From a virus (taxonomy: Duplodnaviria > Caudoviricetes), in IMG/VR virus record IMGVR_UViG_3300033388_002585, positions 1 through 61,768 of that record: a stretch of 61,768 nt of DNA; one strand, given 5' to 3'. The notes beneath the pieces were generated by a model. It did no database searches. It was not told the DNA's origin and worked only from the letters and a program-made list of their open reading frames with translations. A program made the position numbers and the translations under genes. Positions 45,912 to 55,458 of the stretch are shown here, piece by piece; within the stretch, counting starts at the first letter, position 1; each line of letters opens with the position of its first letter.

Positions 45912-48900
45912 ATGAACATGGATAAATTTGGATTTTCCGAACCTTTTGACCAGGAACAGCCTAACTACAATCCACCTGCCTCTGATGATCCTTTTGGTTT
46001 CTCTGAGCCTGAAGATGATTTGTCTCTTCCTATGACTTCTACTCGAGAACCTCGTGAGCCTCATGGAGTAACTCGTAGCTTTGGTGATGATTATACTCCT
46101 CCAGATGATTATACTTCTCCAATGGGTGCAATACCCATGGGTGAAGAAGGTAAATATGGCTGGGGTTTCTCGGATGAGGATCAACAAGCTGATAAATTCG
46201 GGGACAGGTTTGGATTTTCTGAGCCTGAAGCCATACCTGCGAGCGCCATACCTGTAGCCAAAAAACCCTCTTTTTTTGAGCATATAAAACAACTTCCCTC
46301 GGACATTATGGGTGGTTTAATCGATTATACTGAAATGGTTCCGCGTGAATTGCGTGCATTGCCTGGTGGCCCCAAAGCTGGCCAAGATAAAGAAGGCTTA
46401 ATGGGTCGTATGGTTACCGGGATTGAAAAATACAAAGAAACTCACCCTCAATATAAAATGCCGGAGAGCAAAGGTATATGGGGAGCAATTCATGGTGGCC
46501 TTAGAGCTGCTGCTACATCTATGGCTGCTGGTCTTCCGGGTATGGCTGCCGGGGCTGCTACTGGCGCTGCTTTGGGTGGTGGTGTTTTCTCTCCGGTTAC
46601 TGCGTTTATTGGCGGTGTCCTTGGATACGCTACCAGTGGAGCATTACAATTTGGGTTAAGTCAATATGATTCAGCCATGGAGGAAGCCCTTGATGCTGGT
46701 AAATCAATGAAACAAGCTGAATCTTATGCGTTAAAAACCTCTATATATGAAGGTGTGTTTGAGTTCGGTGCAGACCTTCTCGAAGGCGCTACGTTCAAGT
46801 TAGGTAGCATTTTTACAGCCCCCGTTAAGAATATAGTCAAAGCATCGTTGAGAGACTTATTTACCCACAATCTCAAGAATGCGGTTAAGCGTACAGCCAT
46901 GATAGCAGCTATCGAGACCCCTTCAGAAATGTTAACGGGGGGAATGCAGGCCGAGGCTGCTCATGATATAAATCTGGGCGACATGAGATTCTGGGATGCG
47001 GCTAAACAAGCTTTCGGACCTGCATTTGTGGCTTCTCTTATTTTCGGTGGAATAGGTGCTGCTGGAGTGTATAAGTATAAGAAAGGAGTCAAAGCTGCGT
47101 TAACTGATCCAAGCAAATCCTTTGAAGAACGCATGACGGCGATTAAAACTATATCAGAAGTCATTAAACCATATTCACCTGAAGCTGCCAATGCGTGGGA
47201 CATTGTAGGCTTTGATGCTGTAGCTCAGAATAAACCCATAGACCTCGATATGAAGTTTGATAGAGAAAGCGATCAAGACTACAAGGTAGCAGAGGAAAAA
47301 TTGAGACAAACTCGGCTACAACTTAATGTGCCAGAACAAAAAGTTACCAAGGAACAAAGGCAGGAATTTATAAATGAAGACTTTAAGGGTAAGACCCCTG
47401 TGGCAAAAGAAGACACCCAGCAGTTTATTGCAGTTGGTGGTCCTGCTGGAGCGGGGAAATCCACATCTATCGACAATATAATGAAGGATAATAAGCTGGA
47501 TATCGATACTTTTGTCATTATTAATCCTGATGCATACAAGGAGCGAGCTGGATATACCGGAGATCGGGCAACATTATTCCACGCAGAAAGTTCTCAGATG
47601 GCAAGAGAAGCTTTAAAACGAGCTGTGGATCAGGGATATAACGTGTTATATGATAGCCAGATGAGAAATTTTGATGTTGTCAGCGATGCTGCTGATACTG
47701 TTATTAATAATGGTGGGAATGTTGGTATAAGTTTTACTGATACTGATTATGTAACCTCTCGCGCCAATACTGAAATACGGAGAGTCAGTGGCAGGGAAGA
47801 CAGATATGTTCCTGATACCGCGATAGTTAATGGAATTAACGGAGGAGTTCCAACGCTCATTGAATTGGTAAGGAAATATGTTGACAATCCTGCTGTGATG
47901 TTTAACATTGAGTCTAATAACGTAGAGTTTGGAAATCCTGTTCCCATTGTTGTTAATGACAGGATTGTAAATCAAGAAATGCTTCATAGGCTCATGTCGA
48001 CTCCCTATGATTCGATACTAACACCGGAAGGAGGAATAAAATATGAAAGGTCCATTACTGGCGGACGAATTAATACGGAGACTATCCAACAAGCCTCAGA
48101 GGAGGTTGAAAGTAGGGTCAATGCTCGGAGAGTTGTCAAAGGCACTAAGGAAAGTCGCGCAGTCGGAAAACTCCTTGCAAGAAGAACAACCGATACCCTC
48201 GAAGACTACGTTGCCAAGATAATTGATGAAAAGCATGGCGGTATATTTGTATCTCCGAATGTAGCTGAACCGGTTGAAGGTGAATCGCGGGTAGATAGCC
48301 TTGAGAAAGCATTAAAGTATATCAAATCCACGGGGCAAGCTTCATTTGCTTCTATCATGAAGGATATAGGTAAGCGTGTAGATGTTACCGTTAAGACTTT
48401 TCCAGCTCTTGGGACATGGGGGCAAACAGTAGAGAATTCTTTATTCGCTGTTATCCCCCATGTAAATAGCTTTGATAAGCTTCGATACATGGCGGCTGCT
48501 CAAGGATTAATCGGAAGACAAAAGGCTGTCATTGCCTTCATGATGGATCGTGACGGAGATCAAAGATTGTATGAGGTAGATACTGGCAGCACAGATATAC
48601 GTGAAGTTCACGCTACATTTGATGAAATAGGCATAGAAAGCCATACCTTTGCGCTTAACAATGATGGAACTGTGAAGGCATTGGTATATGATTATGCTGG
48701 AACTGAAATAGAAAACATACAGGAGGTAGGGAAACGTTATGGCAAAGAAATTAAAATCCACAAAGGGCAAGGCGAATATCTCGCGTCCCCCGAAGAAACA
48801 AGACCCCAAAGTGCAAAGTTTTTCAGAGAGATTACAGATCGCTATGAAGAAGAATCCGAATATGGTTTGGGCCGATTCAGAAAATGGGAAAGGACTGCTC

Positions 48901-51900
48901 ATATAAGTCCACCTATTCTTCCTGTTAGCTTAAACAATAACGTGCGATATCTTAAGACAACTCCGGGTGAAGGTGAAATTCCGCCTATGTATCAGTTTTG
49001 TGATGTGTCTTCTGGCATGGGGTTTTCTATTCCTTATATGCTGAAGGGTAAGGAATTAAATAAAGCGATCAAGGATGAGCTGGATAAGATTAACGAGAAG
49101 GTTGATAAAATATCAGTAACGGCATTTGATTTGAAGCCTAAAATATCTCCTCCCACTCCCGCATTCAAGGCATGGTTCGGTGATTCAAAGATAGGAACCC
49201 CCAACAACCCCGAGATGCTATTCCACGGGACCTTCGAAACCTTTGATACATTCATCTGGGGTGACTTGGGCTTCCATTTTGGTACTGCTGAACAGGCGAT
49301 GGATCGGATACGGGGAAAACGCCAAAACCTTCCCGCAAATACATGGGAAGAAATGGTAAACCGCAAGGATACCTATATGCCTGTGTATCTGAAGATGGAA
49401 AATCCCCTTGAAATGGATGACTGTAATTGGGACGACTTCTCGCGGGTGTATGAAGAAGTCCGGGATGTCTTAAGGCGAAAGGGTGAGTTTTTTACTGAGG
49501 CTGATGCTGATTTATTGTACAATATATTTTATCGTGGTTCTACTGCTGGTAAAAACGCCATGCAGTCGAGCGATGTAAAGGTTAAGAATGAGGCCGAGAC
49601 CGAGGGGCTAAACGCTCTCCGCCAGGCTCTCCAAAACATAGGATACGATGGGATCAAGTATATTAATAGGTACGAGGGATACCGGGAGACTGGCGTAAAA
49701 AATATCCCTGAATTCCTAAAACACAAAACAAGACCAGATTACTCATACATAGTCTTCGACGCCAATCAAGTGAAGTCTGTATACAATCACGGTTCATTCT
49801 CTGATTCCAAGAACATATACCTTCAAGTTCAGCATAAGAGCGAACAGGAAATATTAAACCGTATGCGTGCTGGTGAGTTGAACCCTTCCGAAACTTTAAC
49901 AGCATATCTCCGCGGGATAGAAGAAACCAACCATATATACAAAACCATGCAGAGTTGTTTTAATCGTGTGCTTGATAAGGAAACTCGGGATCGTGTTACC
50001 CTTGAACTACAAGACGTTATAAATCTTTCTGATACGACCATTAATGTAGGTCGCAGCTTACAGGATCATGGCATAACTGAAGCTGAATTAAAGGACTATG
50101 ATATCGCCGGTCTCACCTCTATATCTATGCCTAACCTTGGTGCGTCAATTCAAATAGCCTACGATACAAACGCTGGAATAGTTGCCAAAACCACATACCA
50201 TGAATGCTTTCATCTAACCTCAGCGTGGTTACTTCCTGAGAATGATCGAAACTTCTTGTTAAGAACATACGGAAATGAAGAAGCAACGGCTGATGCATTT
50301 GCCGCATATGCTCGGTCTCATCCTGATTTTAAAGCTCCTAACTCACGTATAGAGGCAATATTCAGAACACTCAAGCGATACCTTGATTACGTTTACCATT
50401 ACTTACAAGGTCACGGATTCAACAGACCGGAAGATATATTTGGGACCATATTAACTCATGGATACCGCATGCAGCCTGACTCTATTATCAAAGCACGTAT
50501 GCTTGAGAATCTTGATACGGCCTTAGATATTAAAGCTACGCAGACAATTAATGACAGGGAATGGATAGAATCCCCCGAGAGTGCAGCATCCAAACCTCCT
50601 CTCGATGATGATCTATCTCCACGTATATTCTACAACGGTATTCAGAAAGGGTTCGGCTCTATGCCTGATCACTATATGTTTATTGATAAGCTTGTTTCTG
50701 GCTCTACTTTTCTTGTTCCAATGGTTAGCGGACAAGAAGTAAACAATCTGATACGCAAGAAGTTGGAATCATTAAGTAAACAAGCAGCTACCTTCACCAA
50801 ACCTGACATTAATAAGATACTGGATACGATACACAAGACTACCGGGAAATTAAGTATATCGAAAAAAGAAGAACAAAACAGGTTGCAGGCAGAAACTGAT
50901 GCGGCGAGAGTTAAGAGAGCAAACCAGGATACCCCTATCGTTGCATTGGATGGGACTCCCTATAAAACAAAATCTGCTGCTATGTTAGCTCGATCAAACC
51001 TCACAAAACAATACGGTCACGACTACGATGTTATAGAGCATCAAGGTGGATATGCACTACAACGTGTTGTGGATTACCAGGACCCCATTTCAAAAGATGC
51101 TGCGATAAGAGAGGCTGCGAGAACCCAAGACAAGATTAACATAGCTACGGGAGTCCAGAAGATTGGTCAGCTTATAGTAGAAGGCGAAACATTAGATATC
51201 GCTATGGCCAAAGCTGAAAAAGAATCCGCTCATGCTGAAAAGATAGGTAAAGCAGAGGGTAAGGAGGTTGAAAAAGAGAAGACCAAAAAGGCCAAGGAAA
51301 AGGCTAAAATCAAAAAGGCTGCGCTAAAAGAGATCCGGGACATGATTGACGATTTGAAAAAGGCTGGAAAAAAGGTTGATAGAATGCCTCGGAATCAGGC
51401 TAAAGCTGTACGTGAATTGTTAGCCGATATTGATCTCAAGAAACCTACAAAGAAAACGTTGAGCAGACTAAACAACACCAGGAAATTCTTAGAGGATAAT
51501 CCGGAATATTCAACCATGCCTCCTCATGTCATTGAGGAATTACGGAGACTTGAGTTAAAGGCTTTCAGGGACTTGGATATAGATGATATGAGGCTGATCC
51601 ATGACGCTATATTACACCACATTCACTTAGCCTCAACCATAAACAGGATAAAAGTAAACCAGAAGAATCGAACTTTTACTGAAACCGTATCAGACATACT
51701 TGGATCACTGAAACCATCTAAAGAAATACATAGCGAACTAATGGCGCAAACTGAAAAGCCTACCCCATACAAAAACTTATGGGATTCAATAACTTACCTG
51801 TTTGGGCTGGCTCAAGAACATTATGATTTTATTATCGAAAAGGTTGCTGGAATTAACAGCACTTTTCATTATGTTTTTTACAAGGATGTTAAAAGAGGCG

Positions 51901-54002
51901 ATGATAAACGAGTCGAGCATGAGTATGCGACATGGGATTTATTAAAGCAACGCCTCAAGGAAAATGGTTTTGATCCAGCAAAAGTGGGTGGTGATGTAAG
52001 CGCATGGATGAATGAGAGAATAACCACAGCAGGGTTTGAATTAACTCGTGGACATCGTATGGCCTTATATCGTCATTGGTTAAATGCGGACAACCATAGG
52101 TCTCTCACAGATATAGCAGGAGGTTTCACTCTTCCAACCAATAAAGACCCTAACAAGATATACAATATGACGGAAGGTCAACTTGAAGAAATTATTGGAG
52201 ATTTAAGCGAGCAGGAAAGGATATTTGCTGGTGATGCTGTTACTAAATTGTTTGAGGAACAGGGCAAGGCTATGGCCGAGGTATTCTATAAACTAAACGG
52301 ATATGAATTAAAACTCGTTGACTATTATTACCCCAAACAAGTTGCTCCCCTTGCCCGTGGACTGGATATTTCTCAAGAAGAAGCTCGGAAGGAATTTGAA
52401 AGGAAATATTTAAGAGTAGGTGTACCAAAGGGAATGACCAAAGAACGCCAAGGAGTAATAGTTCCCATAAAACTTAACTCGTTACCATATGATATCAACA
52501 AGAGTGTAATGCAGGCCTCAGCGTATATCAATTTGGAAATCCCCATATCCAATGCCGCGAGAATACTGTTTGACAAAGGAAAGGTAGATAAGAAGACAAA
52601 TAAACGTACGCTGGGATTCAGACAGGAATTCATAAACAGATACGGGGAAAAAATGTTCAAGGAAATAGAAAAGGGTCTCCGTGATATCTCGGGTGAATGG
52701 GAAAGTTATACCATAGTTGAAGAAGGGTTAATGAAAATGAAGAACCACTTGTCAACTGCAATCCTGGGACTCAATCCGTTTGTTATGTTAAAGCAGCTTA
52801 TGTCCTTCCCTTTATATCTTCCTTACGTTAACTTTAACCATTTATCTCAAGGGTTAATGGACGCCATAGTGAACCCCACACAAACTAACAATGAGATTAA
52901 AGTGTTTTCTCCTGAATACCGCCGCCGAGTTGAGGGTGGATTTAGTCGTGATGTTATGGATATCTTCAAGACAGGTATGGTTAAGCAGATGTACGGGGGT
53001 AAGGCTTCAATCCCTGAACGAGTTATGGGCGGCATTAAGATGTTCGATCAAGCGGCTGTTATGTCTGGAATGAGAGGAGCGAGAAACCAGGTATTGGCAG
53101 AATTTGAACAGGGTAAGTTAAGCAAAGAAGTGAAGGAAGGGTTGGATCTAACCGATGCTGATATCCCCAACCTCACACCCGAAGAAAAAATGAAGTATGC
53201 TTATGAGTACGGAGATTATGTTACCGAGCGATCACAGCCCATGTTTTCTCCTGAACATCGTTCAGCTTTATCTCGTGGAGGTCCCTGGGTTCAGCTATTC
53301 ACCATGTTTGGTTCCTTCACTAACCAAGCCTATAACCTCATCCGTCGAAGTGTAGCTGAATGTTCTCGAACAGGAAGCAAGGAATCGTACAGTAAGCTGG
53401 CTAAAGTTTTGTTCCTGCTCCTTGTTGTTAATACTCTCGGAATCATGGCGATTGATTGGCTTCGTGATGAACTATACCAGCGTAAGAAACAATACCGGAG
53501 ATCATTATGGCGTGGTGTTCTCGATAACTGGGCCGGATACATGTTCTTCGTCCGTGACCTTGAAAAAGCTATATCGAGTAAGATTGAGAAAGGTCCGTGG
53601 TATGGATACGATGTCAGCTTACCCATAAATAAAGTACCTGAATTATTTGTAGGTGCAGTGAGCAGCGGCGTGGGTGCGTTAATAGATAAATCTGCTGGGC
53701 AGAGAAAAAAGAAGGCGTTAAGATTTGTGGATGACTCTCTATCCCTCTGGGCAATGAGTAAGGGAATCCCATACCAGACCCCCAAGAACCTGGTGCAGTC
53801 TGGCTACAAGGGATTCAAAAAAATTGAACGTCGTAAAAAGATGCAGGATATTCTTAGAGGTAAACGGAAACAAGTAGCTCCAACGGATAAGTCCGGGTTC
53901 TCTGAACCAGTCTTTATGGAATCTCAGCAACCAGCACAGCGACAACCAGCGCGGGGAACACCAGAAACAGAAGACAGGTTCGGGTTCTCTGAGCCACGGT
54001 AA
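45912..54002 (+). CDS. Giant polyvalent ejection protein (zeta-like P-loop kinase, SAM-lyase-like, ART-like, HExxH peptidase)
   Basis: GGPAGAGKST/INPDAYK/FHAESS; GTW...ENS...QKAV; FKAWFG/FHGT/GFHFG/VYL...NPL/GYDGI/YIVF...QVKS; HECFH; large helical C-terminus. Confidence 0.85.
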   Translation: MNMDKFGFSEPFDQEQPNYNPPASDDPFGFSEPEDDLSLPMTSTREPREPHGVTRSFGDDYTPPDDYTSPMGAIPMGEEGKYGWGFSDEDQQADKFGDRFGFSEPEAIPASAIPVAKKPSFFEHIKQLPSDIMGGLIDYTEMVPRELRALPGGPKAGQDKEGLMGRMVTGIEKYKETHPQYKMPESKGIWGAIHGGLRAAATSMAAGLPGMAAGAATGAALGGGVFSPVTAFIGGVLGYATSGALQFGLSQYDSAMEEALDAGKSMKQAESYALKTSIYEGVFEFGADLLEGATFKLGSIFTAPVKNIVKASLRDLFTHNLKNAVKRTAMIAAIETPSEMLTGGMQAEAAHDINLGDMRFWDAAKQAFGPAFVASLIFGGIGAAGVYKYKKGVKAALTDPSKSFEERMTAIKTISEVIKPYSPEAANAWDIVGFDAVAQNKPIDLDMKFDRESDQDYKVAEEKLRQTRLQLNVPEQKVTKEQRQEFINEDFKGKTPVAKEDTQQFIAVGGPAGAGKSTSIDNIMKDNKLDIDTFVIINPDAYKERAGYTGDRATLFHAESSQMAREALKRAVDQGYNVLYDSQMRNFDVVSDAADTVINNGGNVGISFTDTDYVTSRANTEIRRVSGREDRYVPDTAIVNGINGGVPTLIELVRKYVDNPAVMFNIESNNVEFGNPVPIVVNDRIVNQEMLHRLMSTPYDSILTPEGGIKYERSITGGRINTETIQQASEEVESRVNARRVVKGTKESRAVGKLLARRTTDTLEDYVAKIIDEKHGGIFVSPNVAEPVEGESRVDSLEKALKYIKSTGQASFASIMKDIGKRVDVTVKTFPALGTWGQTVENSLFAVIPHVNSFDKLRYMAAAQGLIGRQKAVIAFMMDRDGDQRLYEVDTGSTDIREVHATFDEIGIESHTFALNNDGTVKALVYDYAGTEIENIQEVGKRYGKEIKIHKGQGEYLASPEETRPQSAKFFREITDRYEEESEYGLGRFRKWERTAHISPPILPVSLNNNVRYLKTTPGEGEIPPMYQFCDVSSGMGFSIPYMLKGKELNKAIKDELDKINEKVDKISVTAFDLKPKISPPTPAFKAWFGDSKIGTPNNPEMLFHGTFETFDTFIWGDLGFHFGTAEQAMDRIRGKRQNLPANTWEEMVNRKDTYMPVYLKMENPLEMDDCNWDDFSRVYEEVRDVLRRKGEFFTEADADLLYNIFYRGSTAGKNAMQSSDVKVKNEAETEGLNALRQALQNIGYDGIKYINRYEGYRETGVKNIPEFLKHKTRPDYSYIVFDANQVKSVYNHGSFSDSKNIYLQVQHKSEQEILNRMRAGELNPSETLTAYLRGIEETNHIYKTMQSCFNRVLDKETRDRVTLELQDVINLSDTTINVGRSLQDHGITEAELKDYDIAGLTSISMPNLGASIQIAYDTNAGIVAKTTYHECFHLTSAWLLPENDRNFLLRTYGNEEATADAFAAYARSHPDFKAPNSRIEAIFRTLKRYLDYVYHYLQGHGFNRPEDIFGTILTHGYRMQPDSIIKARMLENLDTALDIKATQTINDREWIESPESAASKPPLDDDLSPRIFYNGIQKGFGSMPDHYMFIDKLVSGSTFLVPMVSGQEVNNLIRKKLESLSKQAATFTKPDINKILDTIHKTTGKLSISKKEEQNRLQAETDAARVKRANQDTPIVALDGTPYKTKSAAMLARSNLTKQYGHDYDVIEHQGGYALQRVVDYQDPISKDAAIREAARTQDKINIATGVQKIGQLIVEGETLDIAMAKAEKESAHAEKIGKAEGKEVEKEKTKKAKEKAKIKKAALKEIRDMIDDLKKAGKKVDRMPRNQAKAVRELLADIDLKKPTKKTLSRLNNTRKFLEDNPEYSTMPPHVIEELRRLELKAFRDLDIDDMRLIHDAILHHIHLASTINRIKVNQKNRTFTETVSDILGSLKPSKEIHSELMAQTEKPTPYKNLWDSITYLFGLAQEHYDFIIEKVAGINSTFHYVFYKDVKRGDDKRVEHEYATWDLLKQRLKENGFDPAKVGGDVSAWMNERITTAGFELTRGHRMALYRHWLNADNHRSLTDIAGGFTLPTNKDPNKIYNMTEGQLEEIIGDLSEQERIFAGDAVTKLFEEQGKAMAEVFYKLNGYELKLVDYYYPKQVAPLARGLDISQEEARKEFERKYLRVGVPKGMTKERQGVIVPIKLNSLPYDINKSVMQASAYINLEIPISNAARILFDKGKVDKKTNKRTLGFRQEFINRYGEKMFKEIEKGLRDISGEWESYTIVEEGLMKMKNHLSTAILGLNPFVMLKQLMSFPLYLPYVNFNHLSQGLMDAIVNPTQTNNEIKVFSPEYRRRVEGGFSRDVMDIFKTGMVKQMYGGKASIPERVMGGIKMFDQAAVMSGMRGARNQVLAEFEQGKLSKEVKEGLDLTDADIPNLTPEEKMKYAYEYGDYVTERSQPMFSPEHRSALSRGGPWVQLFTMFGSFTNQAYNLIRRSVAECSRTGSKESYSKLAKVLFLLLVVNTLGIMAIDWLRDELYQRKKQYRRSLWRGVLDNWAGYMFFVRDLEKAISSKIEKGPWYGYDVSLPINKVPELFVGAVSSGVGALIDKSAGQRKKKALRFVDDSLSLWAMSKGIPYQTPKNLVQSGYKGFKKIERRKKMQDILRGKRKQVAPTDKSGFSEPVFMESQQPAQRQPARGTPETEDRFGFSEPR
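48043..48222 (+). CDS. Nested +1-frame ORF A (59 aa), candidate antidote
   Basis: AGGAGG at 48029-48034, 8-nt spacer, ATG; MKGPLLADELIRRLSNKPQRRLKVGSMLGELSKALRKVAQ... Confidence 0.55.
   Translation: MKGPLLADELIRRLSNKPQRRLKVGSMLGELSKALRKVAQSENSLQEEQPIPSKTTLPR
48739..48906 (+). CDS. Nested +1-frame ORF B (55 aa), candidate antidote
   Basis: AGGAGGT at 48721-48727, 11-nt spacer, ATG; MAKKLKSTKGKANISRPPKKQDPKVQSFSERLQIAMKKNPNMVWAD... Confidence 0.5.
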   Translation: MAKKLKSTKGKANISRPPKKQDPKVQSFSERLQIAMKKNPNMVWADSENGKGLLI

Positions 54003-54144
54003 ATGAGAGTAAGTAAGAAGAAATGGAAGACAAGAAAAAAATGGAAGACAAAATGAAGAATAAATAAAAAAAAGCTTGACAATTAATAACTGGTTATATT
54101 ATACATAATCATCGTGCAAAGAGTTCTGTCTGTTTCTTCTCCTT

Positions 54145-54189
54145 CGGGGCCACGTGGAATCTTCCCTCCATATGGCCCCTCCTTTTTTT
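54145..54189 (+). terminator. Hairpin/terminator at the convergence of the two arms
   Basis: GGGGCCA-C-GTGGA/TCCAT-A-TGGCCCC followed by a T-run. Confidence 0.65.
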
Positions 54190-54197
54190 ATAACTTC

Positions 54198-55055
54198 TTA
54201 TAACTTTTCTATTTGGTTAATAATGTTATCAGATATTTGGATTAACTGCTTGATGGCTATATTAATTATTCTTTCGGCTGTTTCATCTTGGACTTCCGGA
54301 ACGGGAACTGCAATAATCTTCTTGGCAAAATCAATTAACTTCTGCTTATCCGGTTTTAATGCTTCTTGCCGAATCTTCTCTGCTATTTCCGCTTCTTCAC
54401 GTTCCTTCTTCTCTCTTTCTTCTTGTTTGATCTTCTCTGCGACATCTTTCTCGGCCTGGATGCGGGCTTCTTCCTTTGCCTTTTTCTCAAAGGCTTTCCT
54501 TTGTTCCGTTTCCTCCGCTTCTCGTCTAACCCTCTCTAACGCCTCACGTTCCCTTATAATCGCCTTTTCTGTTTCTTCCTGCGCTTTGGCCTTCTCTTCC
54601 TGTTCTTCTCGAATACGGTCAAGCTCAGCCCTCTCAGCGGCTAATCTTTCTTCTTCAGCTCTCAACCTCTCTTCTTCCTCGGCCTTAATCCTATTCTCTT
54701 CCTCAATCCTTATCCTTTCTTCTTCAGCTTTAATTCTTTCCTTTTCCTTCCCGACTATGTCCTCTTGTTCCTGGAGATGAGCCTCGATAGGTTCAAGCAA
54801 CTTCACAATTGCCTTTTCTCTCGCAATAACAGCCTTCTGAAAATCTTTAGCATCTTTCCGAATATCTTTTCCCGTTTTTATTACTTTAACTCTGCGGGTC
54901 TTAATATCCAACCGAGCTGTTCGGACAGCCTGGTACCCCTCTATATCGTCAACACCCTCAACCTTTAACGACATATACTTCTCGTGCAACATTGCGATAC
55001 TTGCCCTTGTGATATCAAACCTTGCCAGCTCTGCCTTAACCATTTGTTCATCCAT
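54198..55055 (-). CDS. Coiled-coil protein (DUF1351-like N-terminus)
   Basis: AAGGAG before MDEQ; GY.AV..AR..IK..RV; E/K/R-rich; PDKQKL. Confidence 0.75.
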   Translation of the reverse strand: MDEQMVKAELARFDITRASIAMLHEKYMSLKVEGVDDIEGYQAVRTARLDIKTRRVKVIKTGKDIRKDAKDFQKAVIAREKAIVKLLEPIEAHLQEQEDIVGKEKERIKAEEERIRIEEENRIKAEEEERLRAEEERLAAERAELDRIREEQEEKAKAQEETEKAIIREREALERVRREAEETEQRKAFEKKAKEEARIQAEKDVAEKIKQEEREKKEREEAEIAEKIRQEALKPDKQKLIDFAKKIIAVPVPEVQDETAERIINIAIKQLIQISDNIINQIEKL

Positions 55056-55132
55056 CTGTTTTTCTCCTTTCACTCCATTAAATTATCATCACTCCATTAA
55101 ATTATTGTATAAAAACCAGTGTAAAAAATAGG

Positions 55133-55161
55133 TTGACACTCCTAACTTTACCATATATATT
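55133..55161 (+). promoter_or_regulatory. Promoter for a probably leaderless HTH regulator mRNA
   Basis: TTGACA-17 nt-TATATT ending 6 nt before the ATG at 55168; no SD sequence. Confidence 0.65.
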
Positions 55162-55167
55162 ACTCAC

Positions 55168-55458
55168 ATGGAACTAAGACATTACATAGATAATTATCAT
55201 CGTGGCGGGGTTCGTGGATTTGCTAAAAAACTAAATGTAAGCCGCCAGACTGTTCATAATTGGTTAGCTGGTAAGAACTATCCATCCCCCCAATATATCC
55301 TCAGCATTGAAAACATAACACATGGAAAGGTTAAAGGTTCTGATATATCCAAGACTTATCGTTATCACCGCGAATTACTTCAAATAGAAAACGCCAACCT
55401 TGATATAAACTGGGAATCACTCAAAAACCATAGCGTCTCTGAACCATATTGGGAATAG
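55168..55458 (+). CDS. Cro/CI-type HTH regulator
   Basis: FAKKLNVSRQTVHNWLAGKNYPS...IENITHGKV. Confidence 0.85.
   Translation: MELRHYIDNYHRGGVRGFAKKLNVSRQTVHNWLAGKNYPSPQYILSIENITHGKVKGSDISKTYRYHRELLQIENANLDINWESLKNHSVSEPYWE

Noticed and set aside
49820-50630. Further nested ORFs after the ART-like and peptidase domains
   Set aside because: The ATG at 49863 is in the host frame and the one near 50560 closes after about 15 codons; my scan was by eye and not exhaustive.
54154-54780. 208-aa plus-strand ORF
   Set aside because: Ser/Leu/Phe-rich antisense shadow of the E/K/R coiled-coil gene.
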